The position numbers and the translations under genes were made by a program. The notes under the pieces are model-generated. The model worked only from the letters and a program-made list of their open reading frames with translations. It did not search any database and was not told the DNA's origin. Shown in pieces: positions 17,660 through 32,077 of a stretch of 64,000 bases of DNA. This DNA comes from an uncultured bacterium (GTDB lineage: Bacteria; Babelota; Babeliae; Babelales; Vermiphilaceae). How positions within the stretch are numbered: position 1 is the stretch's first letter; every line of letters starts with the position of its first letter. The stretch lies in the NCBI GenBank assembly GCA_963695335.1, contig OY968764.1:928001-992000 (forward strand). Reading direction: 5' to 3'.

Positions 17660-19840
17660 ATGAAAGTAAACTATTTGTATATAATAACCATGATGTTAGG
17701 TATGACGCGTATGTATTGCTTAGAAGAAGCACCAAAAACATTAGAATCTTATAAAGAAGTAGCAACGCAATATATTTCAGGCTTATCTGATTTATATAAC
17801 AATCTTACGCCAGCAGAGCGTATTTTTGTTTATTATATGTATCGCGCAAGCTTGCCGGGCAATAAAATTGCGGCAGACCAGCGGCATAGAGATTCAGTAA
17901 TTATAACAGATGCATTTGAGCATATTATTACTCATGCACAAAAGCTTAGAAATGATCATGCTGACAATTTATCTTGTGATGTTGATCAATTTTTAAATGA
18001 GGCAAAAACATACTTGATCTATTTATGGACAAATCATGGGCAATATTTCTTGCGAGAACATGCCAATGAAAAGCGTACACCGGCAAAGCTTGAGCTTACT
18101 ACGTTGACACAAGACAATCTTATGCAAGTATTGCAGGCGCTTAATTATCCGGAAAGCGCAGAATTGCTTGACCGGGTAGCACAATCATTATTTGATACAC
18201 AGCACGAGTCTACCTGTTTAATAGCTAATAATATCCAAGCAAGTGCAGGTAATATCTATGCGGTAGATTTTACTGAAGATGATTATCAAGCATTGTCAGC
18301 TGCTGAACGCACCGGCGTTAATTCATATTTTTTTATTGATAGTAGCAGTGGCAACCGTATGCCCAAGGTGGAAAAATACAAAGTTGGTGGTAAGTATGGC
18401 AAAGAGTTAGATGTTGCATGTTATTGGTTAGAAAAAGCGGCTGAACATGCCAAAAAGCATCCTGAAAACTTTGATGCCAATTTAATTGAAAGTCTTGATC
18501 AACTCATTACGTTTTTCCATACAGGTGATGAAGATTATTTTAAAAAGCATTCTATCGCATGGTTAAAGAGCAATAGTCGTCTTGATTATTGCTTTGGATT
18601 TGTTGAAACCTATGATGATCCAAAATCGTATGTGGGATCATTTCAAGCAGATATTACTGTTAAAGCCGTAGATATGGATGTTTTAAACCGCTTGTTACCG
18701 CAACTTGAAAAACAGTTACCCTTTCCACAAGAATTTATGCGAGAAACGATAGATGATGTTTCTGCTATTCCTAATGCATCAATTAATAAAATCATATTCA
18801 GTTCAGGGCAACTGGGGCCATTACGTATTACAGCAGCATATTGTTTGCCAAATTATTCAGAAATCCGTTCGCAACATGGTTCAAAACAGATTATGTATCA
18901 ACCCGATAAAGGGATTAATGAAGTAGTTTCTCCTACATTATCGCGCATTTTATCTTATATTCCAGAACAAGCAGCTTGGCTTGCACAATATGATGCTGAT
19001 GGGCAACTGGGTAAAGATATGTGGGCTATTCACTGTATTTTACATGAAACGTTGGGTCACGGAAGTGGACGCCTTGCGATACATACATTCAAAGAAAGTG
19101 ACTCACTTACTATAGCTGGAACAACCTATGCAATTGGCGATACCATACCGGTGACCAGTGATAATTTACCAGAATTTTTGGCGGGTAATGAAGCAGCACT
19201 TGAAGAGTTGCGTGCGGAAATTATTGCGTTATACACAAGCATTGAGATGTTTGATGAGCTTGATAACGTTGGCCTTTATAAAGATTGGCCAGCAAAAATT
19301 GGTAAAGATAACGTTATAGAACAGCTGATTTTTGATATGGCCGCTACTGGGTTGCGGCGCTTATTGTCGCAAGACATTGAGCAAGTAGAGATCATGGGTG
19401 CTCATGCTTTGGCTAATATGACAATCATGAACTATCTGTGTGATGGTGGTGGGTTGCAACTGGTGCAAGAAGAGGTTGTAGTTGAGGATAATACGTATCA
19501 GGTACTTGGATTTAGAATTGCCGATATGCAAAAAACACTGGCAGATATTAAAGATCTTATGATTCAGGTGCAAACTATCAAATCAATGGGTGATGGTGTT
19601 GCGTGTGATAAGCTTATCAATACCTATGGACGGTATGTGCGCAATGTTGAACACGTTGCTCTTTTGCAAGCTAACCAGAAAACAATGGTTGGGGATCTGA
19701 AGGTAAGTGCACGCATTTACCCACGATTTGTGCCTATATTTAATGAAGACGAATCTATTGTAGATATTGCGGCAACATGGCCGAGTGATATTGTTGAGCA
19801 ATGGTTTGAGTTTAGACGTTTAGAGATGTCGCGCGAATAA
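17660..19840 (+). CDS. Dipeptidyl peptidase III (peptidase M49), with signal peptide
   Basis: HETLGHGSG (HExxGH), EELRAE, GFVETYDDP motifs; 726 aa. Confidence 0.88.
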   Translation: MKVNYLYIITMMLGMTRMYCLEEAPKTLESYKEVATQYISGLSDLYNNLTPAERIFVYYMYRASLPGNKIAADQRHRDSVIITDAFEHIITHAQKLRNDHADNLSCDVDQFLNEAKTYLIYLWTNHGQYFLREHANEKRTPAKLELTTLTQDNLMQVLQALNYPESAELLDRVAQSLFDTQHESTCLIANNIQASAGNIYAVDFTEDDYQALSAAERTGVNSYFFIDSSSGNRMPKVEKYKVGGKYGKELDVACYWLEKAAEHAKKHPENFDANLIESLDQLITFFHTGDEDYFKKHSIAWLKSNSRLDYCFGFVETYDDPKSYVGSFQADITVKAVDMDVLNRLLPQLEKQLPFPQEFMRETIDDVSAIPNASINKIIFSSGQLGPLRITAAYCLPNYSEIRSQHGSKQIMYQPDKGINEVVSPTLSRILSYIPEQAAWLAQYDADGQLGKDMWAIHCILHETLGHGSGRLAIHTFKESDSLTIAGTTYAIGDTIPVTSDNLPEFLAGNEAALEELRAEIIALYTSIEMFDELDNVGLYKDWPAKIGKDNVIEQLIFDMAATGLRRLLSQDIEQVEIMGAHALANMTIMNYLCDGGGLQLVQEEVVVEDNTYQVLGFRIADMQKTLADIKDLMIQVQTIKSMGDGVACDKLINTYGRYVRNVEHVALLQANQKTMVGDLKVSARIYPRFVPIFNEDESIVDIAATWPSDIVEQWFEFRRLEMSRE

Positions 19841-19881
19841 AAAAAATGAGGTTCACCAAAAATGGTGAGCCTCATTTTTTT
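19839..19881. terminator. Bidirectional intrinsic terminator
   Basis: aaaaaaatgaggttcacca-aaaa-tggtgagcctcattttttt between convergent genes. Confidence 0.85.
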
Positions 19882-19896
19882 AGATTTTGTAAAAGA

Positions 19897-20310
19897 TTAC
19901 TCAGCTTTTTTAGCTGCAGCTCTTTTTACTCTCATTCTGCGTTTAGCTGGTTTTTTAGGTGCTTCTTCAGCGCCAAAAAGTCCTGCAAGAAGACCAACTT
20001 TTTTATGTCTTGCTTTTGCTCTTTTAGCTGGTTTACGTTTTGCAGCAGCTTTTCTTTTAGCTGGTTTTCTTTTAGCAGCAGCTTTTTTAGCCGGTTTGCG
20101 TTTAGCGCCTGCTTTTTTAGCTACTTTACGTTTAGCACCTGCTTTTTTAGCAGCTGGTTTACGTTTTTTTGCTGTAGCTTTTTTAGCTACTTTTCTTTTA
20201 GCTGCAGTTTTTTTAGCAGCTGGTTTACGTTTCGCAGCGGCTTTTTTAGCAGCTGGTTTACGTTTCGCAGTAACTTTTTTAGCAACTGCTTTCTTTTTCT
20301 TCATTACCAT
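19897..20310 (-). CDS. Histone H1-like (chlamydial Hc2/HctB-like) Lys/Ala-rich DNA-binding protein
   Basis: Tandem AKRKPAAKKAA-type repeats; AAGGAG RBS before ATG 20310. Confidence 0.8.
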   Translation of the reverse strand: MVMKKKKAVAKKVTAKRKPAAKKAAAKRKPAAKKTAAKRKVAKKATAKKRKPAAKKAGAKRKVAKKAGAKRKPAKKAAAKRKPAKRKAAAKRKPAKRAKARHKKVGLLAGLFGAEEAPKKPAKRRMRVKRAAAKKAE

Positions 20311-20468
20311 AGCGAACTCCTTTTTTTTGGTTTTTTGAAACCTCATATACTTACTTCAATTTCAATTGTACAAAAAACTATTTTGTAAAATCAACAGACT
20401 GAATAAATATTTTTCAAAAAAGTTTAAAATTAAAAAAAATAAATCGTAAATTATTACAATTTTTTTAC

Positions 20469-21341
20469 TTAAATTGTAGGCTGGCAAAAATTAAGAAGAG
20501 ATTTTCCTTTTGCAGCACTAGCACGGCAATGAGGAAGATTATATTTTTTATAAAATGCATTAACAACCCATTGATATTTTTCACCATCGGAGCCCTGCAA
20601 GATTGCCGCGTGTTTGCCATGGTCAGTGACAAAAAGATACACATCTGTATGACCAGACTCAATCAATTTTTTATATACATTGATTGAAGTTGAAGCGGGA
20701 ACAAGATGATCTTCCTTTGAACAAATAATTAAAATAGGCATATCTTTTGGTATGGTTTCAAGACATTTTGCTGGACTTAAACCGTGACGAGAATATTTTT
20801 TAAATATGAATTCAGCGACGGTTTCTCCGTAGGAAACATCGAGCCAACCTAGATTTTTTTTTGCCATTAAACTTTCAATTACTTCCCCCATAGTGTAGTA
20901 GGGAGACTCAACAACAATAGCCTTGACGTGAGCGAGGTTATATAAACCAGCAAAGATCAATACGTTAGAAGCACCTCGAGACAGTCCCCAGAGAATAATA
21001 TCGCAAGCATCTTTTTTATAATGAGATAACGCTGTGTTATAAGCTTTATAAAGACGACCAATTTCATTTTCTTGGCCAAAACTCGTTTCATTATAGTTTA
21101 CGCGGTAGAACTTATTAGTAGCATCAGGATAATTAAAAGATATGAATGGCGTATGTATAAGATATCGGTCATTATGGTGTGTGCTGTTATGTTTTTCATA
21201 TGACTTAACGTATCCATGTACTTGTTTCCATGTATCAGCTATGCCATGAGAAAATATGGTAACAACTTTATTTCGACCAATAGTAGGTGATGAGAAAGCA
21301 AAAGCGAATAAAGAAAAGAAAGCTATATTTTTGATATTCAT
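20469..21341 (-). CDS. Secreted alpha/beta hydrolase
   Basis: Signal peptide; FSHG, GLSRGA (GxSxG), CSKEDHLVP, GKHA catalytic-triad pattern. Confidence 0.8.
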   Translation of the reverse strand: MNIKNIAFFSLFAFAFSSPTIGRNKVVTIFSHGIADTWKQVHGYVKSYEKHNSTHHNDRYLIHTPFISFNYPDATNKFYRVNYNETSFGQENEIGRLYKAYNTALSHYKKDACDIILWGLSRGASNVLIFAGLYNLAHVKAIVVESPYYTMGEVIESLMAKKNLGWLDVSYGETVAEFIFKKYSRHGLSPAKCLETIPKDMPILIICSKEDHLVPASTSINVYKKLIESGHTDVYLFVTDHGKHAAILQGSDGEKYQWVVNAFYKKYNLPHCRASAAKGKSLLNFCQPTI

Positions 21342-21480
21342 AATTATCCCCTTTAATTATAAAAATAGGCTTAAATGCCCATTAAAAGCTTCTATTCTGC
21401 GGTAGATTTTATAGTTTTTAGTCTATATACTATAATTCTAGCATGAAATGAATCAATATTAAATCACTAAGTGAGATTTT

Positions 21481-22902
21481 ATGAAAAAACTGCCTGATAT
21501 AAAGCAAGATTTCTCGGGTTGGTATAATGAAGTTATTTATGATTCTGAGCTGGTTGATCATGCTCCCGTTAAAGGATGTATGGTTATTCGTCCATATGGC
21601 TATGCTATTTGGGAACGTATTGTAGCTGTTCTTGATGATCGTATTAAAGCTACGGGCCACAAAAATGCAGCCTTTCCTCTTTTAATCCCAGAATCATTTC
21701 TAAAGCGTGAAGCTCAACATGTAGCTGGTTTTGCCCCCGAATTAGCAGTGGTTACACATGCTGGCGGCAAACAACTCGAAGAACCATTGGTAGTCAGACC
21801 CACTTCTGAGACTATTATTCATTACATGTTTGCTCGATGGATACAATCATGGCGTGATTTGCCTCTTAAAATTAATCAATGGTGTAGTGTAGTGCGTTGG
21901 GAAATGAGAACAAGACCTTTTTTGCGTACAACAGAATTTTTTTGGCAAGAAGGTCATACAGCCCATGAAACATATGATGAGGCTTATCAAGAAGTTGAAA
22001 CTATGTTGCAGGAATACGTAAAGCTTGCTCATAATTATCTTGCAGTACCAGTAATTACAGGGAATAAAACAGATAATGAAAAATTTCCTGGTGCTGAGAT
22101 AACCAAAACATTCGAGGCATTTATGCCAGATGGTAAAGCATTGCAAATGGGAACATCTCATTTACTTTCTCAGTCTTTTGCTCATGTTTTTGAAATGAAA
22201 TTTCAAGATCGGCAAGAAAAGCAGTCATTCCCATATTTAACAAGTTGGGGTACAACGACGCGCCTTATTGGTGCGCTTGTTATGACTCATGGTGACCAAA
22301 AAGGACTTGTGCTCCCACCACAAGTAGCTCCAATTCAAGTTGTTATCATTCCTATTTTTAAAGCTGGTATTGATAATTCAACTATTATTGCAGCAGCACG
22401 TAAAATTAAAGAAGACTTAGAAAAAGATTCTATTCGCGTATTTATTGATGATGAAGAAGGCAAAACGCCGGGTTCTAAATTTTTTAAATGGGAACTGAAA
22501 GGTGTTCCAGTTCGTATTGAGCTTGGGCCAAAAGATATAGAAAATAACCAAGCTGTGGTAGTTGAGCGTATTGAATCAGCAAAGCGTTTTATCGGGTTAT
22601 CTGATATCAAATACGAAGTTATTTCATTACTCAACACCATGCAAAGCAGTTTATTTGAAAGAGCTCAAGCACGTATGCATCATATGCGTCATACCGGTGA
22701 TGATTTGGCAGAATTTGGACCAAAACTAGAAAATGATGGAATATTTTATCAAACAAGTTGGTGTGGAAAATCTGAATGTGAAATGGAACTTAAAAATTAT
22801 AAAGCTAGTATTCGTTGTATTCTTGAAGGAAAAACGTTTGAGACTTGCTTTAATTGTAAACAAATAAGTAAATATGATGTTTTAGTTGCTCGATCATATT
22901 AG
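21481..22902 (+). CDS. proS: Proline--tRNA ligase (archaeal/eukaryote-like type)
   Basis: DFSGWYNEVI, RPTSETII, RWEMRTRPFLRTTEFFWQEGHTAH, TSWGTTTRLIG, WELKGVPVRIELGP, C-terminal ARSY. Confidence 0.96.
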   Translation: MKKLPDIKQDFSGWYNEVIYDSELVDHAPVKGCMVIRPYGYAIWERIVAVLDDRIKATGHKNAAFPLLIPESFLKREAQHVAGFAPELAVVTHAGGKQLEEPLVVRPTSETIIHYMFARWIQSWRDLPLKINQWCSVVRWEMRTRPFLRTTEFFWQEGHTAHETYDEAYQEVETMLQEYVKLAHNYLAVPVITGNKTDNEKFPGAEITKTFEAFMPDGKALQMGTSHLLSQSFAHVFEMKFQDRQEKQSFPYLTSWGTTTRLIGALVMTHGDQKGLVLPPQVAPIQVVIIPIFKAGIDNSTIIAAARKIKEDLEKDSIRVFIDDEEGKTPGSKFFKWELKGVPVRIELGPKDIENNQAVVVERIESAKRFIGLSDIKYEVISLLNTMQSSLFERAQARMHHMRHTGDDLAEFGPKLENDGIFYQTSWCGKSECEMELKNYKASIRCILEGKTFETCFNCKQISKYDVLVARSY

Positions 22903-23022
22903 GTCAGCATTATTTTTATAAAAAAAGCCTGCCTTGGTTAAAACTTTGGCAGGCAATTATTTTCTCAAAATTTCTTATTCATTGAAATATATAAATAAAT
23001 CTAATAAAAAAGGGGTTTTAGT

Positions 23023-23928
23023 ATGGACGCAAAACAGATTCAAACAAAGTTTGAAGCGTATCTTTTAACGGAACAACGTGTGGCTACTAACACATTTTTT
23101 TCATATAAAAGAGATATTAATCAATTTATTGATTTTTTAGATAAAAATTCTATTGATATAAAAAGCCTTAATGGGGATAAACTTAAAGAATTTGTTCATT
23201 ATTTGTATGGACTTAAGCTTTCTGCTCGCAGTATTGCCCGAAAAATATCAACATTAAAGACTTTTTTTTCATATCTCAGCATTCATTTTGAGATAAAAAA
23301 TAGTGCAAAAGAGTTGCATATTCCAAAAATTGAAAAACGTTTACCAACATATCTTACGCAAGATGAAGTGACCCGTATTCTTGCATATTCAGAAAAAGAT
23401 AGATCTCATTTGGGGGTTCGTAACTCTATGATGATCTATTTATTGTATGCTTCCGGAATACGCGTGAGTGAACTTGTTAATATAAAAATATCTGATCTTC
23501 ATTTTGATACTAGTTTTATTTCTATTAATGGTAAAGGTGGAAAACAGCGTATGATTCCTTTGCCTCAATCAGTTATGGCATTATTACATAATTATTTTCA
23601 AATGCATGTAGGAACATCATCTACTGATTCAATTAAAAATTCATGTTATCTGTTTCCTATCCTTTATGGAAAAAAAATAAAACCAATTTCACGTCAATCT
23701 TGCTGGGCAATTTTAAAAAAAATATGCGAACAAGCTGGGATTAAACGGGTAATTTCACCACATCAGTTGCGCCATTCGTTTGCAACGCATATGCTTGAAA
23801 AAGGTGTTGATTTACGTTCACTGCAAGTGTTACTTGGGCATGAAGAAATTACAACCGTAGAAGTGTATACTCATGTTGAAACTTCACAGCTCAGAAAAAT
23901 ATATGATAAAAAGCATCCTCGATCATAA
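23023..23928 (+). CDS. xerD: Tyrosine recombinase XerD (XerC/D family)
   Basis: LYASGIRVSEL, GKGGKQR, SPHQLRHSFATHMLE, LLGH, YTHV, HPRS. Confidence 0.88.
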   Translation: MDAKQIQTKFEAYLLTEQRVATNTFFSYKRDINQFIDFLDKNSIDIKSLNGDKLKEFVHYLYGLKLSARSIARKISTLKTFFSYLSIHFEIKNSAKELHIPKIEKRLPTYLTQDEVTRILAYSEKDRSHLGVRNSMMIYLLYASGIRVSELVNIKISDLHFDTSFISINGKGGKQRMIPLPQSVMALLHNYFQMHVGTSSTDSIKNSCYLFPILYGKKIKPISRQSCWAILKKICEQAGIKRVISPHQLRHSFATHMLEKGVDLRSLQVLLGHEEITTVEVYTHVETSQLRKIYDKKHPRS

Positions 23929-24006
23929 ATGTTTACATAACAAGCCTTTTTATTTTTGTAACGTAGGTTATACTAAAAAACATAGTTTGTTATAAGGATT
24001 TATTTA

Positions 24007-25143
24007 ATGAAAAATATATTTGTCGTAGAACAAAAACCATTGTTATCCATTTTGTCTTCAATGCAGCCTATTTGTACTAAGCGTACTACGCTTGATGCTA
24101 CCACAACAATTTTGTTTCATGTAAGTCATAGGGAATTGGTTTTAAAAAGTACTGATTTGGAGATTAGTTTACAAGCAAGTTATGTTCTTAAAGAATGCGA
24201 TATCACTGAACCACGTATGTTTTTGGTATCAGGACGTCGCCTTTTTGATTTAGTAAAAGAGTTAGAAGGTGATATTACGTTTGTTGTTGATGATAACAGT
24301 TTAGTAGTAAAATCAGGGCTTGTGAATGTTGTGCTTAATATTCAAGATGCTCATAATTTTCCTCCTTTTCCTGAGCGCATTGAAAATTTAATGCAATTAA
24401 ATGCACCATTTTTTCTAGAACTTCTTAATAAAGTTGCTTTTTTAATTCCGCAAAACAACGCTAATTCTTCTTTAAATGGTCTTTTGCTTGAAATATCTCC
24501 TTCAGAATTAAAAATGACTGCGAGCGATGGGCATTGCCTTGCGCAAGTGAAAACGACTCAATATGCCTTAGAAGAATCATGTAAATGGTTATTACCACGT
24601 AGGGCAGTGTTTGAAGTTAAAAAAATTTTAGAAAGCAGTACAGACAGTGCAATATTCCTTGGATTGTGCGGCAATCAATTAGTATTCTCTGGTGAATCAT
24701 TTAATTTCTTCTCAAAATTGTTGGTCGATGGGTTTCCGGCATATGCAGGAATTTTAGATAAAAAAGATTTTGTTCCAGCTCGTGTTGACCGTTCTCATTT
24801 TATCAAAACACTCCGTCGTTCGTCATGTTTGCTTTCTGGGCAGTTTATTGCAACATCATTTGCTTTTGGTTCGGAAAAGCTCAAAGTTTCATTACACAAT
24901 AAAGAAGTGGGTACATTAGAAGAAGAAGTGCCGCTTTTTGATTTTACTGGTTCCGAGTGTGATATTCGTTTCTATGCACCTTATTTGCTTAATGGATTAC
25001 AAGTTTTTCCTGGAGAACAAATTCAGTTTTATTTACAAGGCAGAGCAAAACCTATTATTTTTGATGCTCAAAATACAGCAGAAAACAGTGAATACACTAT
25101 GTTTTATCTTGTAATGCCAGTAGCACAAACTAATGGAAACTAA
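24007..25143 (+). CDS. dnaN: DNA polymerase III beta clamp
   Basis: STDLEISL, LNGLLLE, ASDGHCLA, SKLLVDGFPAY, YLVMPV. Confidence 0.93.
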   Translation: MKNIFVVEQKPLLSILSSMQPICTKRTTLDATTTILFHVSHRELVLKSTDLEISLQASYVLKECDITEPRMFLVSGRRLFDLVKELEGDITFVVDDNSLVVKSGLVNVVLNIQDAHNFPPFPERIENLMQLNAPFFLELLNKVAFLIPQNNANSSLNGLLLEISPSELKMTASDGHCLAQVKTTQYALEESCKWLLPRRAVFEVKKILESSTDSAIFLGLCGNQLVFSGESFNFFSKLLVDGFPAYAGILDKKDFVPARVDRSHFIKTLRRSSCLLSGQFIATSFAFGSEKLKVSLHNKEVGTLEEEVPLFDFTGSECDIRFYAPYLLNGLQVFPGEQIQFYLQGRAKPIIFDAQNTAENSEYTMFYLVMPVAQTNGN

Positions 25144-26236
25144 ACAATTACAGGTAGCTTCTGTTTATCTTAAGAACTTTCGCTGTTTTGATCAGACGAC
25201 GATAGATCTTAATAGTCGTATTATTCTTATATATGGAGCAAATGGAACAGGTAAAACGTCCTTGCTAGAAGCATTATATTACGGATGTTATTTGCGTTCT
25301 TTTAGGACACATCTTTCTCGCGATTTGATAGCTGTAGGCAAGGATTCGTTTTTTGTAAAATTTGTGATACACAATGGGTTACAAGATAATGGTATTGATC
25401 ATACCATTCAAATAGGCTTTGCAAATAATAAACGTTTGGTTAAAGTTGATAATAAAACAACTGTTTCATACAAGGATCTTTTGTCTTATTATCGTGTAGT
25501 GAGCCTTACAGAAGATGATCTTAAATTAATACAAGATGGCCCTGAAGAACGAAGGGCCTTTGTGGATCAAGCATTATTACTCAATGATGCGGTATATGTT
25601 ACCAAAATGCGTGAATATCGGGTTGTCTTGGAACATCGTAATGCTCTTTTGCAACATGTCAACATAGATCAAGAAGCTTACTTTATTTGGACAAAGAAAT
25701 TGTGGGAATATACTACAGTTATCCAGCTTTTACGTAAGCAGTTTTTACAAGAAATGGAAATGTCTGTGAATCAGATGTTATGTGAATATATTGATAAAAA
25801 CCTTTTTTTATCTTTTACTTATCAGGCAAAAAAGGGCAGCGATGCCTCTTTTGACTCTTTTTGGCAAGCCCATCACATAGATCTTCTGCGCCAAGAGCTT
25901 CACTTTAAACGTACTCTATTTGGAGCCCATATTGATGATTTTTCGATAACTTTAGAAGGTAAGAGGTCTAGGGCCTATGCTTCTCGCGGACAGCAAAAAA
26001 TGATCGTTTTATTGGTTAAAATAGCCCAAATAAGGCAACTTTTACAAAAAAATGAGCCTGTAATCTTTATTTTAGATGATTTTATGACTGATTTTGACCT
26101 TGATCGGGGCAAAGCCTTATTATTGGCTCTTTTTGAGCTGAAATGTCAGCTTATTTTTACTTCCCCCCGCCTTGATAGTGCTTTTGAGAGCGTATTAAGA
26201 GCTGTCCAGACTGATTTTAAGACCATTTCTATGTGA
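25133..26236 (+). CDS. recF: DNA replication and repair protein RecF
   Basis: LKNFRC, GANGTGKTSLLEA, SFRT, GPEERRAF, GAHIDD, ASRGQQK, ILDD. Confidence 0.93.
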   Translation: METKQLQVASVYLKNFRCFDQTTIDLNSRIILIYGANGTGKTSLLEALYYGCYLRSFRTHLSRDLIAVGKDSFFVKFVIHNGLQDNGIDHTIQIGFANNKRLVKVDNKTTVSYKDLLSYYRVVSLTEDDLKLIQDGPEERRAFVDQALLLNDAVYVTKMREYRVVLEHRNALLQHVNIDQEAYFIWTKKLWEYTTVIQLLRKQFLQEMEMSVNQMLCEYIDKNLFLSFTYQAKKGSDASFDSFWQAHHIDLLRQELHFKRTLFGAHIDDFSITLEGKRSRAYASRGQQKMIVLLVKIAQIRQLLQKNEPVIFILDDFMTDFDLDRGKALLLALFELKCQLIFTSPRLDSAFESVLRAVQTDFKTISM

Positions 26237-26386
26237 ATATTATGATCATTTCTCCTTAATATACCGCTATAAAATAATTAAAATTACTTTGACTTTTGTA
26301 ATTTAATGATTATTATTAGTATTAATAATGGCTTACAGAGACATACAAAAAACTTAATTTAGGCTTCATTACTACTCTCCTTTTTT

Positions 26387-26425
26387 CCACCGCCTTGATG
26401 TAACAATCAAGGCGGTGGTTTTTTT
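26387..26425 (+). terminator. Strong intrinsic terminator (end of a possible sRNA or leader)
   Basis: 13-bp perfect stem ccaccgccttgat/atcaaggcggtgg followed by T7. Confidence 0.8.
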
Positions 26426-26480
26426 ATGAGTTTTTTAGTATCTTTTTTTTATGTTTTTCACATCTAAAAAAAGGATATTT

Positions 26481-27734
26481 ATGAAGCACTCTTATGTAAT
26501 TTCTATTCTGATCTATACTTTTGTCTTTTTTCATTGTTGCACAATTTCTCAGAATATTACCTTTAAAGATGAGCATGAATTCCTTTTAACCGTTGTTATT
26601 ATGGTTAAAGATGAAGTTGATGTTATAATTCCAACACTTAAACCGTTTGTTGATGCAGGAATCGATAGCTTTTTGGTGTATGACACAGGATCTACTGATG
26701 GAACACAAAAAGTAATACGTGAGTATTTTGATAGCCATGGCATTCAACATGCTTATATTATTGAAGAACCGTTTGTAGATTTTGCAACATCTCGCAATAG
26801 AGCATTGGATTTAACAGAACAAATTTTTGTTAATAATACGTTTATAGTAATGCTTGATGCTGAATGGTATACGCATAATGTTGCTGAGCTTATTGATTAC
26901 TGCAAAGTACATAAAAATTATATTGCACCTGGCTGTACAGGTAGCTGCTATCTTATGCATCTTTTAACTGTTGCAGACAATATTGATAATTATACACCAC
27001 GCTTGATACGCCGAGGTCATAATGTTCGTTACCGTGGAGTTGTGCATGAATCAATTTCGGACATTGCAAGTGGCATTGTGCCTGATTCTGTTTATTTTGA
27101 ATATCAACCGCAACAATATGGAAAAGATAAATCACATGCTCGTTGTTTTCGTGATTATGCTTTACTGAAAAAAAGCCTTGAAGATGATCCAACAAATTTA
27201 CGCACTTTGTTTTATCTTGGGCAAACGTGTCAATTTATGGATGATTGGGAACAGGCTATATTTTATTATCAAAAAAGATTGGATGCGGGAGAGCTAAGTG
27301 AAGAAAAATATTTAGCAGCCTATCGTATTGGTTGTGCAATTGAACATATTATAGCTGAATCATATAAAGATGGATCACCTTGCAAGTATACGGAGCAAGA
27401 TGCTGTGTATTATTTCTTACGAGCATATGGTATATGGCCATTGCGAGCGGAGCCACTTTTTAGAATAGCATGTCATTATATTCGTCACGGACAGCATGCC
27501 CTTGCCTATTTATTTGCATCTCGTGCTGTGCAATTGCCTTATCCGCCATGTAATACATTGTTTGTAGAAAATAGAGTTTATGATTATTTACGATATGATG
27601 TTTTGGGACAATGTGCATTGTATGTAGGAGAATACACGATAGGTAAAGAAGCTGTATTGTGTGCATTGCAAAGAGAACCAGAAAATGAATGCTCGCTTCA
27701 TAATTTAGCTCTTTATAACAGACGCCTTGCTTGA
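26481..27734 (+). CDS. Glycosyltransferase family 2 with TPR repeats and N-terminal signal or TM segment
   Basis: IMVKDE, YDTGSTDGT, FVDFATSRNRAL, MLDAEW, YRGVVHE, RTLFYLGQT, RAEPL (TPRs). Confidence 0.87.
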   Translation: MKHSYVISILIYTFVFFHCCTISQNITFKDEHEFLLTVVIMVKDEVDVIIPTLKPFVDAGIDSFLVYDTGSTDGTQKVIREYFDSHGIQHAYIIEEPFVDFATSRNRALDLTEQIFVNNTFIVMLDAEWYTHNVAELIDYCKVHKNYIAPGCTGSCYLMHLLTVADNIDNYTPRLIRRGHNVRYRGVVHESISDIASGIVPDSVYFEYQPQQYGKDKSHARCFRDYALLKKSLEDDPTNLRTLFYLGQTCQFMDDWEQAIFYYQKRLDAGELSEEKYLAAYRIGCAIEHIIAESYKDGSPCKYTEQDAVYYFLRAYGIWPLRAEPLFRIACHYIRHGQHALAYLFASRAVQLPYPPCNTLFVENRVYDYLRYDVLGQCALYVGEYTIGKEAVLCALQREPENECSLHNLALYNRRLA

Positions 27735-27752
27735 AAAAGTTTAAACTATAAC

Positions 27753-27791
27753 AAAAAGAGGAACCCATTATATAAATGAGTTCCTCTTTTT
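27753..27791. terminator. Bidirectional terminator between the glycosyltransferase and fibre gene 1
   Basis: aaaaagaggaacccatt...aatgagttcctcttttt. Confidence 0.8.
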
Positions 27792-27811
27792 ATGTTGTAG
27801 TTTGCGTATTG

Positions 27812-32047
<4,236 letters not shown>

Positions 32048-32077
32048 TTATAAAAAATAGTTATTTTGAGCATTAAA

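Noticed and set aside
19846..20388. Plus-strand ORFs of 180 and 158 aa
   Set aside because: Antisense shadows of the Lys/Ala-repeat histone-like gene
23023..23960. xerD as a mobile-element integrase or dedicated fibre invertase, and a dif-like site after it
   Set aside because: The sequence is canonical XerD in a housekeeping context; tttacataa at ~23932 is only a partial half-site match
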